A stretch of 64,000 bases of DNA from a bacterium (GTDB lineage Bacteria; Zhuqueibacterota; Zhuqueibacteria; Residuimicrobiales; Residuimicrobiaceae), in contig JAKQNR010000022.1 of assembly GCA_029565685.1 (NCBI GenBank), positions 556,035 to 620,034 on the forward strand. The letters are read 5' to 3'. Positions 1 through 9,797 of the stretch are shown piece by piece. Under the pieces are notes generated by a model that saw only the letters and a list, made by a program, of their open reading frames with translations, had not been told where the DNA came from and did no database searches. The translations under genes were made by a program, and so were the position numbers. The first letter of the stretch is position 1, and each line of letters begins with the position of its first letter.

Positions 1-650
1 GCCTTGCACATCACGGCGTGCTGTTTCTGGATGAACTGCCGGAATTTAAAAAAAATGTACTTGAAGTCATGCGCCAGCCGCTGGAGGATGGCAAAGTGAC
101 CATCGCCCGGGCGATGCTGTCATTGACCTATCCGGCCGAATTCATGCTGGCGGCGGCCATGAATCCCTGTCCGTGCGGCTATCACACGGATCCCAATAAT
201 CAATGCAATTGCACGCCGTTGCTGATCCAACGGTATCTCTCCCGCATATCAGGACCACTGCTGGACCGCATTGACCTGCATGTGGAAGTGCCGGCGGTGA
301 AATATAAAGAGCTGAGCGAGCAGAGCGCTGAAGAGACATCAGAGGCCATTCGTCGCCGCGTATCCGCCGCTCGGCACAGACAGCTTGAGCGATTCAGACG
401 CCATCCGCGCCTTTTTTGCAACGCACGAATGGAATCCCGCGACATTCGCAAATACTGCCGAATCGATGATCAGGGGGATGAGCTGCTGAAAACCGCCATC
501 ACCCGCTGGGGTCTGTCGGCGCGTGCCTATGACCGGATTCTCAAAGTAGCGCGCACCATCGCAGACCTGGCAGCCAGCGAGGTGATCCGGCCCGAGCATG
601 TGGGCGAAGCGGTTCAATACCGCAGCCTGGACCGAAGCGGGATCTTTTAA
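1..650 (+). CDS. comM: Mg-chelatase-like ATPase YifB/ComM, C-terminal part (5' partial; reading frame begins at nt 3)
   Basis: In-frame upstream residues '[15 protein letters not shown]' match the ComM/YifB sensor-2 region. CPCGY...C.C zinc-finger-like motif. Stop at 650. No upstream start inside the window. Confidence 0.8.
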   Translation, partial: LAHHGVLFLDELPEFKKNVLEVMRQPLEDGKVTIARAMLSLTYPAEFMLAAAMNPCPCGYHTDPNNQCNCTPLLIQRYLSRISGPLLDRIDLHVEVPAVKYKELSEQSAEETSEAIRRRVSAARHRQLERFRRHPRLFCNARMESRDIRKYCRIDDQGDELLKTAITRWGLSARAYDRILKVARTIADLAASEVIRPEHVGEAVQYRSLDRSGIF

Positions 651-665
651 TAGAGGGAGTGCATC

Positions 666-1019
666 ATGGCCTATGCCACCGTATCGGTTGAGCTTTGTGA
701 AGGGATCACCGTAATCCGGGTGCTGCCCCAACGGGTTTTTCTTAAAACAAGCGAGCAATTCCGTGAAGAGATCATTCACATCCTCGACAGCGCTGCGCTT
801 AAAGTGATCATTGACCTAAGTCGGGTCAATATGATGAACAGCGCAGGCTTAGGCGTATTGATTCTGGCGCGGGATAAAATTCTGAAGCGGGGAGGAATCC
901 TGGTGGTGTGCGGATTGTTAAATATGATGCGGGAGATTTTTGCACGTATGCATCTGGACAGTTATTTTATGCTGCAGCCGGATTGTGAAACCGCCCTGGC
1001 TGATCTCAGACGGGTATAA
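666..1019 (+). CDS. STAS-domain protein (anti-sigma-factor antagonist SpoIIAA-like)
   Basis: 117 aa. '...NMMNSAGLGVLILARDKILKRGGILVVCGL...' is typical of the STAS fold. GAGGGA RBS 8 nt upstream of the ATG. Confidence 0.7.
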   Translation: MAYATVSVELCEGITVIRVLPQRVFLKTSEQFREEIIHILDSAALKVIIDLSRVNMMNSAGLGVLILARDKILKRGGILVVCGLLNMMREIFARMHLDSYFMLQPDCETALADLRRV

Positions 1020-1306
1020 AAAACCCTGTATGGGACGCAAGGCGGTTATTGAACCGCTGCAAATATGATGGGTGCTGCCTTTTAATTTTTTACTTCCACT
1101 GCATTTTTCCCGAAGGAAAACGGAGGCCTGTAATACGTAAAAAGAGCTTCGCTCCCAAGTGATAGGTGTTGGTTCAAATTTGCGCGTGCGTCGACATACA
1201 GGGTTTATTGTCTGATGCCTGGTTTAATGTGTCAATTCCTGCAATAAAAGTCAAGTGAAAAATGGCAAGGGTCTTAATATTTTTTTGAAGGGAGGTGTTC
1301 CATCCG

Positions 1307-2599
1307 ATGATTTCCAAATTACGCCTGCTATTTCTGCTGGGCGCGCTCTGGGCGGCTGCGGCCCCGGCAGCGGAAAACCAGGTGCTCAAAATCACCATTG
1401 AGGGCGACATCAATCCGATTTCTGCGGCATTCATTGAAACGAACATCGACAAGGCATCGGCCGGGCAGTATGAATGTCTGCTCATCCAAATGGATACACC
1501 GGGCGGACTGCTTGAATCGACCAAGTCCATCGTTAAAAAGATGATGAGCAGCCCCGTTCCGGTGGTCGTGTACATCGCGCCGGCCGGATCGGGCGCAGTG
1601 TCCGCCGGCGTGTTCATCACGCTGGCTGCCCATATCGCTGTCATGGCGCCGGGCACAAACATCGGCGCCGCCCATCCAGTCAGCGTCGGATCCGGCCAGG
1701 CGGACACCTCAGCGGTAATGAGCCACAAGGTGACCAACTGGGCCTCGGCTTGGATCCGCGGCATCGCGGAAAAGCGCGGCCGCAACGCCGATTGGGCGGA
1801 AAAAGCGGTGCGTGAAAGTGTGGCCATTACTGAGACGGAGGCTTTGCAGAAGAACATCATCGATGGAATCTGCAGCACCCAAGACAGTCTTTTGCTCTGG
1901 CTGGAAGGACGCACCCTGACGCTGGAAAAAAAATCCCTGACGCTGCACACCCGCGGCGCCGTCGTGGTGGTGGAGGAAATGAATTGGCGCCATCGGCTGT
2001 TGTACAAGATATCCAATCCCACCATCGCCTATATCCTGATGATGCTTGGGTTTTATGGGCTTTTTTTCGAACTTTCCAATCCCGGCGCCGTTTTGCCTGG
2101 TGTGGTGGGCGGCATTTTCATTATCCTGGCCTTCTTTGCTTTGCAAACATTGCCCTTGCGCGCAGCCGGCCTGGCGTTGATACTTTTTGCCGTCATTCTG
2201 TTTATTCTGGAGGTCAAAGTGACCAGCTACGGCGTACTATCCATCGGAGGTGTGATCGCCATGTTCTTGGGTTCCATCATGCTGTTTGATGAAGCGCCCG
2301 GCTTTCCGGTCAAAGTGGACTGGCGGGTGGCCATCACCGTCACCCTGGCGACAGCCGCTTTTTTTGTCTTTGCTCTGGGCATGGCTCTCAAGGCGCGCTT
2401 GAGCAAGCCGACGACCGGGCAGGAGGGACTGGTCGGTGAAATCGGTGTCGCGCTTTCCGACATCCAGGGCCGGGGCAACGTCAAAGTGCACGGAGAGATC
2501 TGGGCGGCGTACAGCGAAGAGGCGATCCGGCGGGAGGAGCCGATTCAGGTGGTCGCTGTGGAAGGCATGATTCTCAAAGTGAGCAAACTGAAATCATAA
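1307..2599 (+). CDS. NfeD-family membrane-bound ClpP-class serine protease
   Basis: Signal peptide [22 protein letters not shown]. ClpP-like region '[15 protein letters not shown]...[16 protein letters not shown]'. Multi-TM middle and C-terminal OB-fold. GGAGG RBS 11 nt upstream of ATG 1307. The ORF-track GTG at 1295 lies inside the RBS and is rejected. Confidence 0.85.
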   Translation: MISKLRLLFLLGALWAAAAPAAENQVLKITIEGDINPISAAFIETNIDKASAGQYECLLIQMDTPGGLLESTKSIVKKMMSSPVPVVVYIAPAGSGAVSAGVFITLAAHIAVMAPGTNIGAAHPVSVGSGQADTSAVMSHKVTNWASAWIRGIAEKRGRNADWAEKAVRESVAITETEALQKNIIDGICSTQDSLLLWLEGRTLTLEKKSLTLHTRGAVVVVEEMNWRHRLLYKISNPTIAYILMMLGFYGLFFELSNPGAVLPGVVGGIFIILAFFALQTLPLRAAGLALILFAVILFILEVKVTSYGVLSIGGVIAMFLGSIMLFDEAPGFPVKVDWRVAITVTLATAAFFVFALGMALKARLSKPTTGQEGLVGEIGVALSDIQGRGNVKVHGEIWAAYSEEAIRREEPIQVVAVEGMILKVSKLKS

Positions 2600-2616
2600 A
2601 ACATAAGGAGGCAACT

Positions 2617-3375
2617 ATGGTCATCCAGCCGTTTGTCATTCTGATCATTCTGTTGGTTCTGCTGCTGTCCAGCGCCATCAAAGTGCTGCGCGAATACGAG
2701 CGCGGCGTCGTTTTCCGCTTGGGACGTCTGGTCGGTGACCGCGGTCCCGGCATCATCTTGCTCATTCCTCTGGTCGACCGCATGGTCAAAGTAAGTTTGC
2801 GGACGCACACCATGGACGTGCCCTCCCAGGACATCATCACCAGGGACAACGTCTCTGTCAAGGTCAATGCTGTGCTCTATTTCCGCGTACTCTATCCGAG
2901 CAAAGCGGTCGTAGAGGTCGAAGACTATTTTTACGCCACCTCGCAGTTGGCGCAGACTACTCTGCGGTCGGTTTTAGGTCAGGCGGAGTTGGACGAACTG
3001 CTTTCCGCCCGCGATAAAATCAATCAGGATCTGCAAGTCATCATCGACTCGCACACTGATCCCTGGGGCATCAAGGTGAGCATGGTCGAAGTCAAACACG
3101 TGGACCTGCCGGCGGAGATGCAGCGCGCCATGGCGCGCCAGGCGGAGGCTGAACGGGAACGTCGCGCCAAAATCATTCATGCGGAAGGAGAGTTCCAGGC
3201 TTCGCAGACGCTGGCCAACGCCGCAGAGATCATCGCCACCCATCCGCAGGCCCTGCAACTGCGTTATCTGCAGACGCTCTCGGAAATCGCTACGGAAAAC
3301 AATTCCACCATCGTGTTCCCGTTGCCCATTGATCTGATAAAGCCGTTGGTCGGAACCCTGCCCGCAGGAAAATAA
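2617..3375 (+). CDS. SPFH/Band-7 (stomatin/QmcA-like) membrane protein
   Basis: N-terminal TM helix followed by '[15 protein letters not shown]...[48 protein letters not shown]'. Classic NfeD-stomatin pair. RBS AAGGAGG upstream. Confidence 0.9.
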   Translation: MVIQPFVILIILLVLLLSSAIKVLREYERGVVFRLGRLVGDRGPGIILLIPLVDRMVKVSLRTHTMDVPSQDIITRDNVSVKVNAVLYFRVLYPSKAVVEVEDYFYATSQLAQTTLRSVLGQAELDELLSARDKINQDLQVIIDSHTDPWGIKVSMVEVKHVDLPAEMQRAMARQAEAERERRAKIIHAEGEFQASQTLANAAEIIATHPQALQLRYLQTLSEIATENNSTIVFPLPIDLIKPLVGTLPAGK

Positions 3376-3376
3376 A

Positions 3377-4495
3377 ATGAACCTTGATGCCCTGCGCGCG
3401 TTCTTTCCGGTCACGATCGACCATGTTTTTATGAACCACGCTGCAGAGTCGCCAAAATCCACGCTTGCTATTGACGCGGTGAATCGTTATCTCGCGGATG
3501 CGTCGTTCGGCGACTTGTATGAAGATCGATGGATCAGGCGTAAGGAGGAGGTTCGCGGCATGGCGGCCGACCTCATTCGCGCGCACGCGGATGAGGTCGC
3601 CTTCATCGACAACGTCAGCACCGGCGCCATGCTCGTCGCTCAGGGGTTGACTTGGCGACCCGGGGATAACCTGGTGACCAATGCCAATCAATTCCCAGCG
3701 AATGTGTTCCCCTGGTTGAATCTGCGCCGCAAACAGATCGATGTGCGGACGCCGATTCTGCCACGGTCGGAGCAGGCCTATTCAACTCTGTTCTCCGCTG
3801 TCGATCAACACACACGGCTTATCGCACTCAGCTTTGTCGAATACGACAACGGCTTTCGCTATGATCTGCCGCGCATAGGAGAATTTTGCCGCGAACGCGA
3901 CATCCTCTTCTTTGTCGACGCGGTGCAGGGTCTCGGCGCCATGCCGCTGGATGTACGGGCGGCCGGGATCAGTTTTTTGGCGACCTCTGGACATAAATGG
4001 CTGCTGGGGCCGAGCGGACAGGGCTTTTTATACATCCAGCGATCGCTGATGGAGCGTTTGGAGGTGCTGCCGTTAAGCTGGCTCAGTTTTGAAACGCCGT
4101 TCGATTTCAGCAACTATGAACGTCCCATGTTGAGCTCTGCCGCTCGTTTTGAGGGCGGCACTTCCAACCTCATGGGAATCGCCGCCCTAGGCGCCGGGCT
4201 CGAGCTGATCTTGCAAACAGGCGTGACCGCGATCTCGCAACGCATCCTTGCATTGACCGATCTGCTTATCGAAGGCCTGGCCAGACGGGGTTTCCTCATC
4301 GACGGCTGCCTGACTCCGACAAACCGGTCTGGAATCGTCGCCTTCCGTCATCCGGATATTCCTACGGAAAAGTGGCAGGCGCGTCTGAATGAAAACCGCG
4401 TCATCGTATCCCAGCGCAACAACCATATCCGCCTTTCTCCACATTTCTATAACAGCGAAGCGGAGGTGGAACATTTTTTATCCGTACTGGATTAA
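3377..4495 (+). CDS. Class-V aminotransferase-fold PLP enzyme (cysteine-desulfurase/epimerase-like)
   Basis: 372 aa. 'FLATSGHKWLLGPSGQGFLY' carries the PLP-lysine motif of the fold. The ATG lies 1 nt after the upstream stop. Confidence 0.8.
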   Translation: MNLDALRAFFPVTIDHVFMNHAAESPKSTLAIDAVNRYLADASFGDLYEDRWIRRKEEVRGMAADLIRAHADEVAFIDNVSTGAMLVAQGLTWRPGDNLVTNANQFPANVFPWLNLRRKQIDVRTPILPRSEQAYSTLFSAVDQHTRLIALSFVEYDNGFRYDLPRIGEFCRERDILFFVDAVQGLGAMPLDVRAAGISFLATSGHKWLLGPSGQGFLYIQRSLMERLEVLPLSWLSFETPFDFSNYERPMLSSAARFEGGTSNLMGIAALGAGLELILQTGVTAISQRILALTDLLIEGLARRGFLIDGCLTPTNRSGIVAFRHPDIPTEKWQARLNENRVIVSQRNNHIRLSPHFYNSEAEVEHFLSVLD

Positions 4496-4501
4496 TTGAC
4501 T

Positions 4502-5755
4502 ATGACTGTTTTTTATCGTAGGATGTGTCTATTTACACTGTTCTGCCTTGCCGGATCCGCGGGGGCGCAGATGGGGCTGGTTTATGATGAATTACTGCAG
4601 CCGCCTGATTGGAGCGCCCGCGCAGCCGCTATGGGCGGAGTCGGGACCGCTCTGCCCGGCTCCGCCGCCGGCGTCTACAATCCGGCTGCACTTGCCGTGG
4701 ATGCGCGTCTCGGCGTCCTGCTGTGCATGCAACACAAATCCGCTTCATCGACACTGGAGCCGTCCGCCGGTTCCCAGCTTCGTTCCTATACCCTGGACCA
4801 TGACGGACAGAACGGTTTGAATTTTGCCTCATTTTCACTGCCGGTTGCCATCGGCGAATATCCTTCCGCCGTCTCTCTCTCTCTGTACAATCTATCGAAC
4901 CTGCAGGCGGCTTATACCTGGAAGCCCGAAAAGCCGGAAGCGGGGTACACGCAGGAAACTTTTATCAAACGAAAGGGTGCGCGCTATGGACTCGCTACGG
5001 CGTTCAGTTTTTCTCCGTTCCGCGATTTTTATCTCGGCGCCAGCCTCACCCTGCAGCAGGGGGGACAAAAGATCGATACCGCCTATGTGGAACAATTGGC
5101 CTCCACCCGCCGGGTCTCGCGCACTGGCTGGGAGAACCGCTTTTCCGCAATGACGGTGGCCTGGGGCTATCTGTGGCGGCCGCATCCCCGCTGCAGCATC
5201 GGACAGCGGATGACCTTTCCCTATCGTCTGTCCCTGTCTGACATCGAGTTCGTCAGCCCCTCCAGCCGACGAGAATTCAGTGAAAAAATAAATCTCGATA
5301 TGCCCATCACCGTAAACACCGGAGCGGTTTGGCGTCCTTTTCTGAACTGGCTGCTCATCTTTGATTATCGCCGTAATCCATGGAATCAGCTGAGCGGCCG
5401 GTGGGGCGGCAACGACATGACGTTGGACTACAGCAACGCGCATTCCTATCATTTCGGCGTTGAGGGATCGCTGCCGACCGTCCTGGGGCGCGTTTCTTTG
5501 CGCGGCGGCTATCGGATCATCCCTCGACAACTCTATGAATTTGACGCGGATCATCCCGGCCAACGTGGAAAACAGATTCGCGCTGCCGGACTGACCGGCG
5601 GCATAGGATTTTCGGCTGCATCGTGGGGCATGGATCTGGCGCTGACGCGGGACAGCGTCTCTTTTCCATCTGATTGGTATTTCATCGGCAGTTCACCTGT
5701 CTCCATCCGGCAGTCGATCTTTCATCTTTTAGCCAACTTACAATATTTTTTATGA
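4502..5755 (+). CDS. PorV/PorQ-like (UPF0164-type) outer-membrane beta-barrel protein
   Basis: Signal peptide MTVFYRRMCLFTLFCLAGSAGAQ. N-terminal motif 'SARAAAMGGVGTALPGSAAGVYNPAALA' is characteristic of the PorV/PorQ/LptO family. The C-terminus ends in aromatic-rich beta-strands. ATG 4502 is preferred to the TTG at 4496. Confidence 0.6.
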   Translation: MTVFYRRMCLFTLFCLAGSAGAQMGLVYDELLQPPDWSARAAAMGGVGTALPGSAAGVYNPAALAVDARLGVLLCMQHKSASSTLEPSAGSQLRSYTLDHDGQNGLNFASFSLPVAIGEYPSAVSLSLYNLSNLQAAYTWKPEKPEAGYTQETFIKRKGARYGLATAFSFSPFRDFYLGASLTLQQGGQKIDTAYVEQLASTRRVSRTGWENRFSAMTVAWGYLWRPHPRCSIGQRMTFPYRLSLSDIEFVSPSSRREFSEKINLDMPITVNTGAVWRPFLNWLLIFDYRRNPWNQLSGRWGGNDMTLDYSNAHSYHFGVEGSLPTVLGRVSLRGGYRIIPRQLYEFDADHPGQRGKQIRAAGLTGGIGFSAASWGMDLALTRDSVSFPSDWYFIGSSPVSIRQSIFHLLANLQYFL

Positions 5756-6648
5756 ACAGCAACAAAATTTTTTGCGGCCCGGCAGGCTGGCACTATGACG
5801 ACTGGCAGGGTGTGGTCTATCCGGCGGTGAAAAATAAAAACTTTTCCGAGCTGTCTTTTCTCACCCGCTATGTAAACACAGTGGAGATAAACGTAACGTT
5901 CTATCGCATTCCGAGCCCTGAACAGGCACAAGCGTGGGTGCAGCAGAGCGCCGCACATCCTGAATTTTTATTCACGGTAAAAGCCTGGCAGGGTTTTACC
6001 CATGAACCCGCCGCTCCGGCCGCCGATCGGCTCGATGCCTTCAAACGCGTCCTCGATGCGCTGCAGACGTCAGGCCGGTTGGGCGCTGTGCTGATTCAGT
6101 ACCCCTGGCGATTCAAACGTACGGATGAAAATTGGCAGCGCGTTCAAGCGTTGGCGGCGCAGCTCAGCGGCTATGGCGCCAGCGTGGAATTCCGTCACAA
6201 CAGCTGGGACGATCCTGTGGTGTTGGCAGCGCTCACGGATCGCCAGATCGGCTGGGTGAATGTCGATCAACCGATCATCGGAGCTTCCATAGCTCCCGGT
6301 GACCACGTCACCTCATCGATCGGCTATGTCCGGCTTCATGGACGAAATTACCAGAACTGGTTCAACGAACGGGCTGGACGAGATCAACGGTATGATTACC
6401 TGTATCAGAAGGCCGAGTTGACCGAATGGGCGGAGCGCGTCCGTTCCATCGCCGGCCGCTGCGAACAAACGTTTGTTATTTTCAACAACCATTTCCGCGG
6501 TCAAGCGGTGGTAAACTGCCTGCAGCTGACTGCCGTGGTGTTGAAAAAAAAGGTGGCTGTTCCAGACTCGTTGCTCCTCCATTACCCCGGTTTGCAAGAG
6601 ATCGCCGACCGGTCTGGATCCACTGCGGCCCTGTCACTTTTTGACTGA
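5752..6648 (+). CDS. DUF72 (YecE-like) protein
   Basis: 'FCGPAGWHYDDWQGVVYP...TVEINVTFYRIPSPE...VFNNHFRGQAV' matches the DUF72 hallmark. ATGA overlap with the upstream gene (ATG 5752, upstream TGA 5753-5755). Confidence 0.8.
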   Translation: MNSNKIFCGPAGWHYDDWQGVVYPAVKNKNFSELSFLTRYVNTVEINVTFYRIPSPEQAQAWVQQSAAHPEFLFTVKAWQGFTHEPAAPAADRLDAFKRVLDALQTSGRLGAVLIQYPWRFKRTDENWQRVQALAAQLSGYGASVEFRHNSWDDPVVLAALTDRQIGWVNVDQPIIGASIAPGDHVTSSIGYVRLHGRNYQNWFNERAGRDQRYDYLYQKAELTEWAERVRSIAGRCEQTFVIFNNHFRGQAVVNCLQLTAVVLKKKVAVPDSLLLHYPGLQEIADRSGSTAALSLFD

Positions 6649-6705
6649 GCCCTGAATCCTTTTCCGCTCTGCGCCATCTATATATTACAGACAATAAGGA
6701 GGTTT

Positions 6706-6792
6706 ATGGATACATGGGGCATTGTTGCGATTCTTGCGGTCTGGTATGTACTCAACCGCTATATTTTACCGAAGCTTGGGGTTCCGACCTGA
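6706..6792 (+). CDS. 28-aa single-TM micro-protein (MDTWGIVAILAVWYVLNRYILPKLGVPT)
   Basis: Not in the ORF track because it is under 60 aa. AAGGAGG RBS at 6697-6703 with 2-nt spacing to the ATG. One hydrophobic helix. Sits immediately upstream of the fmdB-like gene. Confidence 0.4.
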   Translation: MDTWGIVAILAVWYVLNRYILPKLGVPT

Positions 6793-6862
6793 ATGTCCGG
6801 AGCCTGCGATCTTTCGGAGAAAGATCCAAATAAAGTAAAGAGCGAGAAATAGAGGGACGGAT

Positions 6863-7078
6863 ATGCCGATTTACGAATACCGTTGCACGCAGTGCGGCCA
6901 TGCTTTCGAGGCGTTTCAAAGAATGGGCGCGGACGGTCAGGATTTAACCTGTCCTAAATGCCAGGCGCCCAAACCGGAAAAAATCTTTTCCTCTTTCGCC
7001 GCATCTTCCGCCGCCGGCGGCCTGAACGCAGGCGGCGCCTCACTCTCAGGATGCGGCGGAAGCACCGGCTTTTCTTGA
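6863..7078 (+). CDS. FmdB-family zinc-ribbon protein
   Basis: 'MPIYEYRCTQCGHAFE...LTCPKCQAP' is the canonical CxxC...CxxC FmdB N-terminus, followed by a Gly/Ala/Ser-rich tail. Confidence 0.8.
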   Translation: MPIYEYRCTQCGHAFEAFQRMGADGQDLTCPKCQAPKPEKIFSSFAASSAAGGLNAGGASLSGCGGSTGFS

Positions 7079-7197
7079 GCATCCTGATAACGGATGGTCA
7101 TCCGTTGGTCTGCATGGCATTTTACAAATAGGTTTTGCCCTTGCAGCGCAGGGCGAAGCGGTAGGCGCTTCGTATCGCTGAGCGCTCCCAGGGGTCG

Positions 7198-8586
7198 TTG
7201 AAAAGGAAGGTCTGTTTGCCAGGCAAAAAAAATACGATTGTCGTTGTCGGCGGCAACGATGCAGGTCTTGCCGCAGCAGGACGCATTCGGCGGCTGGCGC
7301 CCGATATGGATGTAATGGTTATCGAAAAAGGTCCTTATCTCGCGTACGCCTCGTGTGCATTGCCGTATTATATCTCTGCGCAGGTTCCTCCGTCTGCGGT
7401 GCAAGGCATGAGTGCTGAGGAGCTGCTGAAAAAGCGTTCGCTGAAAGCCCTGACCTCGCATACGGTCGTTGAAATCAGAATGAAAGAAAGAACCATTTGG
7501 GTGCACGACGAATCCTCTGCAAGCGGCAGAGAGCTGCCATTTCATAAACTGGTCTTGGCCACCGGCGCCCGAGCGATCATGCCCGACGAGCTCGTGAGTG
7601 CGTCCAACGCCTTTACGCTGCGCAGCTTTGCCGACGCACTCAGGCTGCGAAGTTACATTGAAAGAGAAAGGCCGCGCAACGCTTTGGTGGTCGGAGGAGG
7701 ATTGGTCGGCTTGGAAGTCGCTGAAGCTTTGCAAAAGGCCGGCCTGAGCATCATGCTGGTTGAAGCCTCACCCGTTCTGGCTGGTCTGCCGCAAGCGCTG
7801 GCAGCGCCTCTGTCGGATCACATCCGCTCAGCCGGCGTTCAGTTTCATCTGAACACAACGATCGGCAAGTGGCATAAACAGGGCGACCGGATTACGGGGT
7901 ATCAAAGAAACGGCGCTAATGAGGTGCAGCCGGTGGATCTGGTTTTTATCTCCACCGGCATTCAGCCGGAAACGGAATTAGCCGTCAAAGCAGGGGTGCG
8001 GCTGGGAGCGAGCGGCGCCATCGAGGTGAACGCCTATCAACAGACCAACAAAGCCGATATTTATGCAGTGGGGGATTGTTGCGAGACGGTACATCTCGTG
8101 AGCGAAAAAAAAAGTTGGCTGCCCTTTGCCGGCGTTGCTGCGAGGCAGGGGAGGGCGGCTGGAAGCAATTTGACTGGTCATAGCGCTCGATTCCCTGGAG
8201 CGCTGGGCACGCGACTGCTGCGTTGCTTTGGCATGGAGCTGGGGCGAACGGGACTCAACCTGGCTGAAGCCCTCGCCAATGGATTTTCGCCAACAGAGAC
8301 AGTCATTCATCAGGCGGACAAGCCCGAGTATATGACAGATCATCAGCTGATTTCGCTGTCGGTGATTTGGGATAAATACAGTAAACAGCTTTTAGGCGGC
8401 GCCCTGCTGGGCGGCCTGGGAGCAGGGGTTCGTCTGAACCTGTTGGCGATCGCCCTGCAGGCAAAAATGACCATCAAGGATCTGCCGAACCTGGATCTAG
8501 GTTACACTCCGGTCATCAACCACATGATGGATCCTCTGCACATCGCAGGCAACGCTGCTATGAAATCTAAGAGAGAGAAAAGATGA
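7198..8586 (+). CDS. FAD-dependent pyridine-nucleotide-disulfide oxidoreductase (CoA-disulfide reductase / NADH oxidase family)
   Basis: 'IVVVGGNDAGLAAAGRIRRL' FAD-binding Rossmann motif. Redox-active Cys in 'ASCALPYY'. Second Rossmann 'ALVVGGGLVGLEVAEAL'. Start uncertain: TTG 7198 from the ORF track, or TTG 7216 preceded by AAGGAAGG. Confidence 0.8.
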   Translation: MKRKVCLPGKKNTIVVVGGNDAGLAAAGRIRRLAPDMDVMVIEKGPYLAYASCALPYYISAQVPPSAVQGMSAEELLKKRSLKALTSHTVVEIRMKERTIWVHDESSASGRELPFHKLVLATGARAIMPDELVSASNAFTLRSFADALRLRSYIERERPRNALVVGGGLVGLEVAEALQKAGLSIMLVEASPVLAGLPQALAAPLSDHIRSAGVQFHLNTTIGKWHKQGDRITGYQRNGANEVQPVDLVFISTGIQPETELAVKAGVRLGASGAIEVNAYQQTNKADIYAVGDCCETVHLVSEKKSWLPFAGVAARQGRAAGSNLTGHSARFPGALGTRLLRCFGMELGRTGLNLAEALANGFSPTETVIHQADKPEYMTDHQLISLSVIWDKYSKQLLGGALLGGLGAGVRLNLLAIALQAKMTIKDLPNLDLGYTPVINHMMDPLHIAGNAAMKSKREKR

Positions 8587-8759
8587 ACAGGAAAAATTGG
8601 ATCAAGCCGGCGCTCGGATTGCTTCTGGGCGGTCTGGCGGGCTTTGCTTACTATTATTTTATCGGCTGCCGCAGCGGCGCATGCCCCATCACCGGCAATC
8701 CGCTTATCAGCACCGCCTATGGCTCGCTGTTAGGCGGCCTGATGACCGTTGGCAAATGA
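8583..8759 (+). CDS. DUF6132-like small membrane protein (58 aa)
   Basis: MNRKNWIKPALGLLLGGLAGFAYYYFIGCRSGACPITGNPLISTAYGSLLGGLMTVGK. ATGA overlap with the oxidoreductase stop. The CxxxxC pattern is typical of small proteins encoded beside CoADR/rhodanese genes. Below the ORF-track size cutoff. Confidence 0.5.
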   Translation: MNRKNWIKPALGLLLGGLAGFAYYYFIGCRSGACPITGNPLISTAYGSLLGGLMTVGK

Positions 8760-8810
8760 GCAGCCGACTTTACCGCCGTCGTTCACACCAGGGGGTATCA
8801 TCACACTTTG

Positions 8811-9722
8811 TCACTTGATTTTCCCCTCTAAAAACGGCACTTCAAATACCTTTTCATGCATCACCGGTCCATGCCCGAAATAGCCGTCCTCGCCGAATAG
8901 TTCTCCATGATCTGAAGTCACGGTGATATAGGTATTGACCGGCGCCAGATCATAAAGCCGCTCAAAAAGTCCATCGAGATAGGAAATAGCCGCAACCTGC
9001 CGCTGTCGCAACTCAGCCATTTTAACCTGGTCAAAAAACGGCTCCGTTTTTTGACCGCTGGTCTCTGCATCCAGATGATCATCCAGATGTTTAAAGATAC
9101 CGTGCACCCCATGAAGTTTCGGCCATTCGTTCTCCGTTTCCTCAGGCAGCGCATAAGGATAATGGGTTTCTCCCACATTCAACAGATAAAAGTGGGGCTG
9201 GCCGCCTTCAAATGTTATCGCATCGAGCATTGCGGAAAAATCATTGTGCTTTTCCATTAAACGAAAACTGTTAAAACCCACATTAAGGGGAGTTGCAGGA
9301 TTCAACACCGGCAAAGAAACCATGGCGTGGGTTTGATAGCCCAGGTTGGTCTGCATAAAGGGCGGAAGAAAGAGTTGCGGTACCAGGCTTTTGAACTCAA
9401 AGCAATCCACCCCGAAGCGTTCATTAAATTTAATAAAGTCATTTTTATAGTAATCCGAAGCGAATACCTGTTTCGGGCTGGTATGGGGCATAAGCCCGCA
9501 CAGAAGGTTGTAATGGGAGGGAGCGGTCCACGAAGCGTAAGAGTAACGTTTCTGAACCGGAGCCAATTTTTGCATAAAAATCGGCCTGGCTTGGACAAAA
9601 GTGTCGAAGCGACAGCTGTCTAAAATAATCAGCAGATAATGGTTTGGTTTAAGCGTATTTTTTTTGATCATCGGCCTTTGTATCAACGGTTCGTTATCGG
9701 CCGTTTTTTTTCTCAATGCCAT
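8811..9722 (-). CDS. Alkaline-phosphatase-superfamily (sulfatase-like) metallohydrolase, no signal peptide
   Basis: 'LIILDSCRFDTF' near the N-terminus and sulfatase-type C-terminal 'TSDHGELFGEDGYFGHG'. No C/S-x-P-x-R formylglycine motif, so it is not a canonical sulfatase. Last gene of the iron locus. Confidence 0.6.
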   Translation of the reverse strand: MALRKKTADNEPLIQRPMIKKNTLKPNHYLLIILDSCRFDTFVQARPIFMQKLAPVQKRYSYASWTAPSHYNLLCGLMPHTSPKQVFASDYYKNDFIKFNERFGVDCFEFKSLVPQLFLPPFMQTNLGYQTHAMVSLPVLNPATPLNVGFNSFRLMEKHNDFSAMLDAITFEGGQPHFYLLNVGETHYPYALPEETENEWPKLHGVHGIFKHLDDHLDAETSGQKTEPFFDQVKMAELRQRQVAAISYLDGLFERLYDLAPVNTYITVTSDHGELFGEDGYFGHGPVMHEKVFEVPFLEGKIK

Positions 9723-9797
9723 ATGCCACTCCGTCGGCTGTTTGTCGATGGATTTGTCCGTTTTCTCTTTATACAGACAAACTCATGCTGGTGCGCA

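Noticed and set aside
1174-2025. 283-aa minus-strand ORF and several other long antisense ORFs (e.g. 1328-1675, 10656-11865, 24674-25411, 30443-31213, 34611-35678, 54692-55927, 58020-58751)
   Set aside because: They lie entirely antisense inside well-supported conserved genes (nfeD, the TonB receptor, leuS, rny, pheS/pheT, the cargo gene). Their sequences are low-complexity Arg/Ala/Gly-rich, typical of GC-rich antisense frames, with no motifs.
8811-9722. Arylsulfatase call for the 303-aa AP-superfamily protein
   Set aside because: It lacks the C/S-x-P-x-R formylglycine motif and a signal peptide, so only the generic AP-superfamily hydrolase call is supported.
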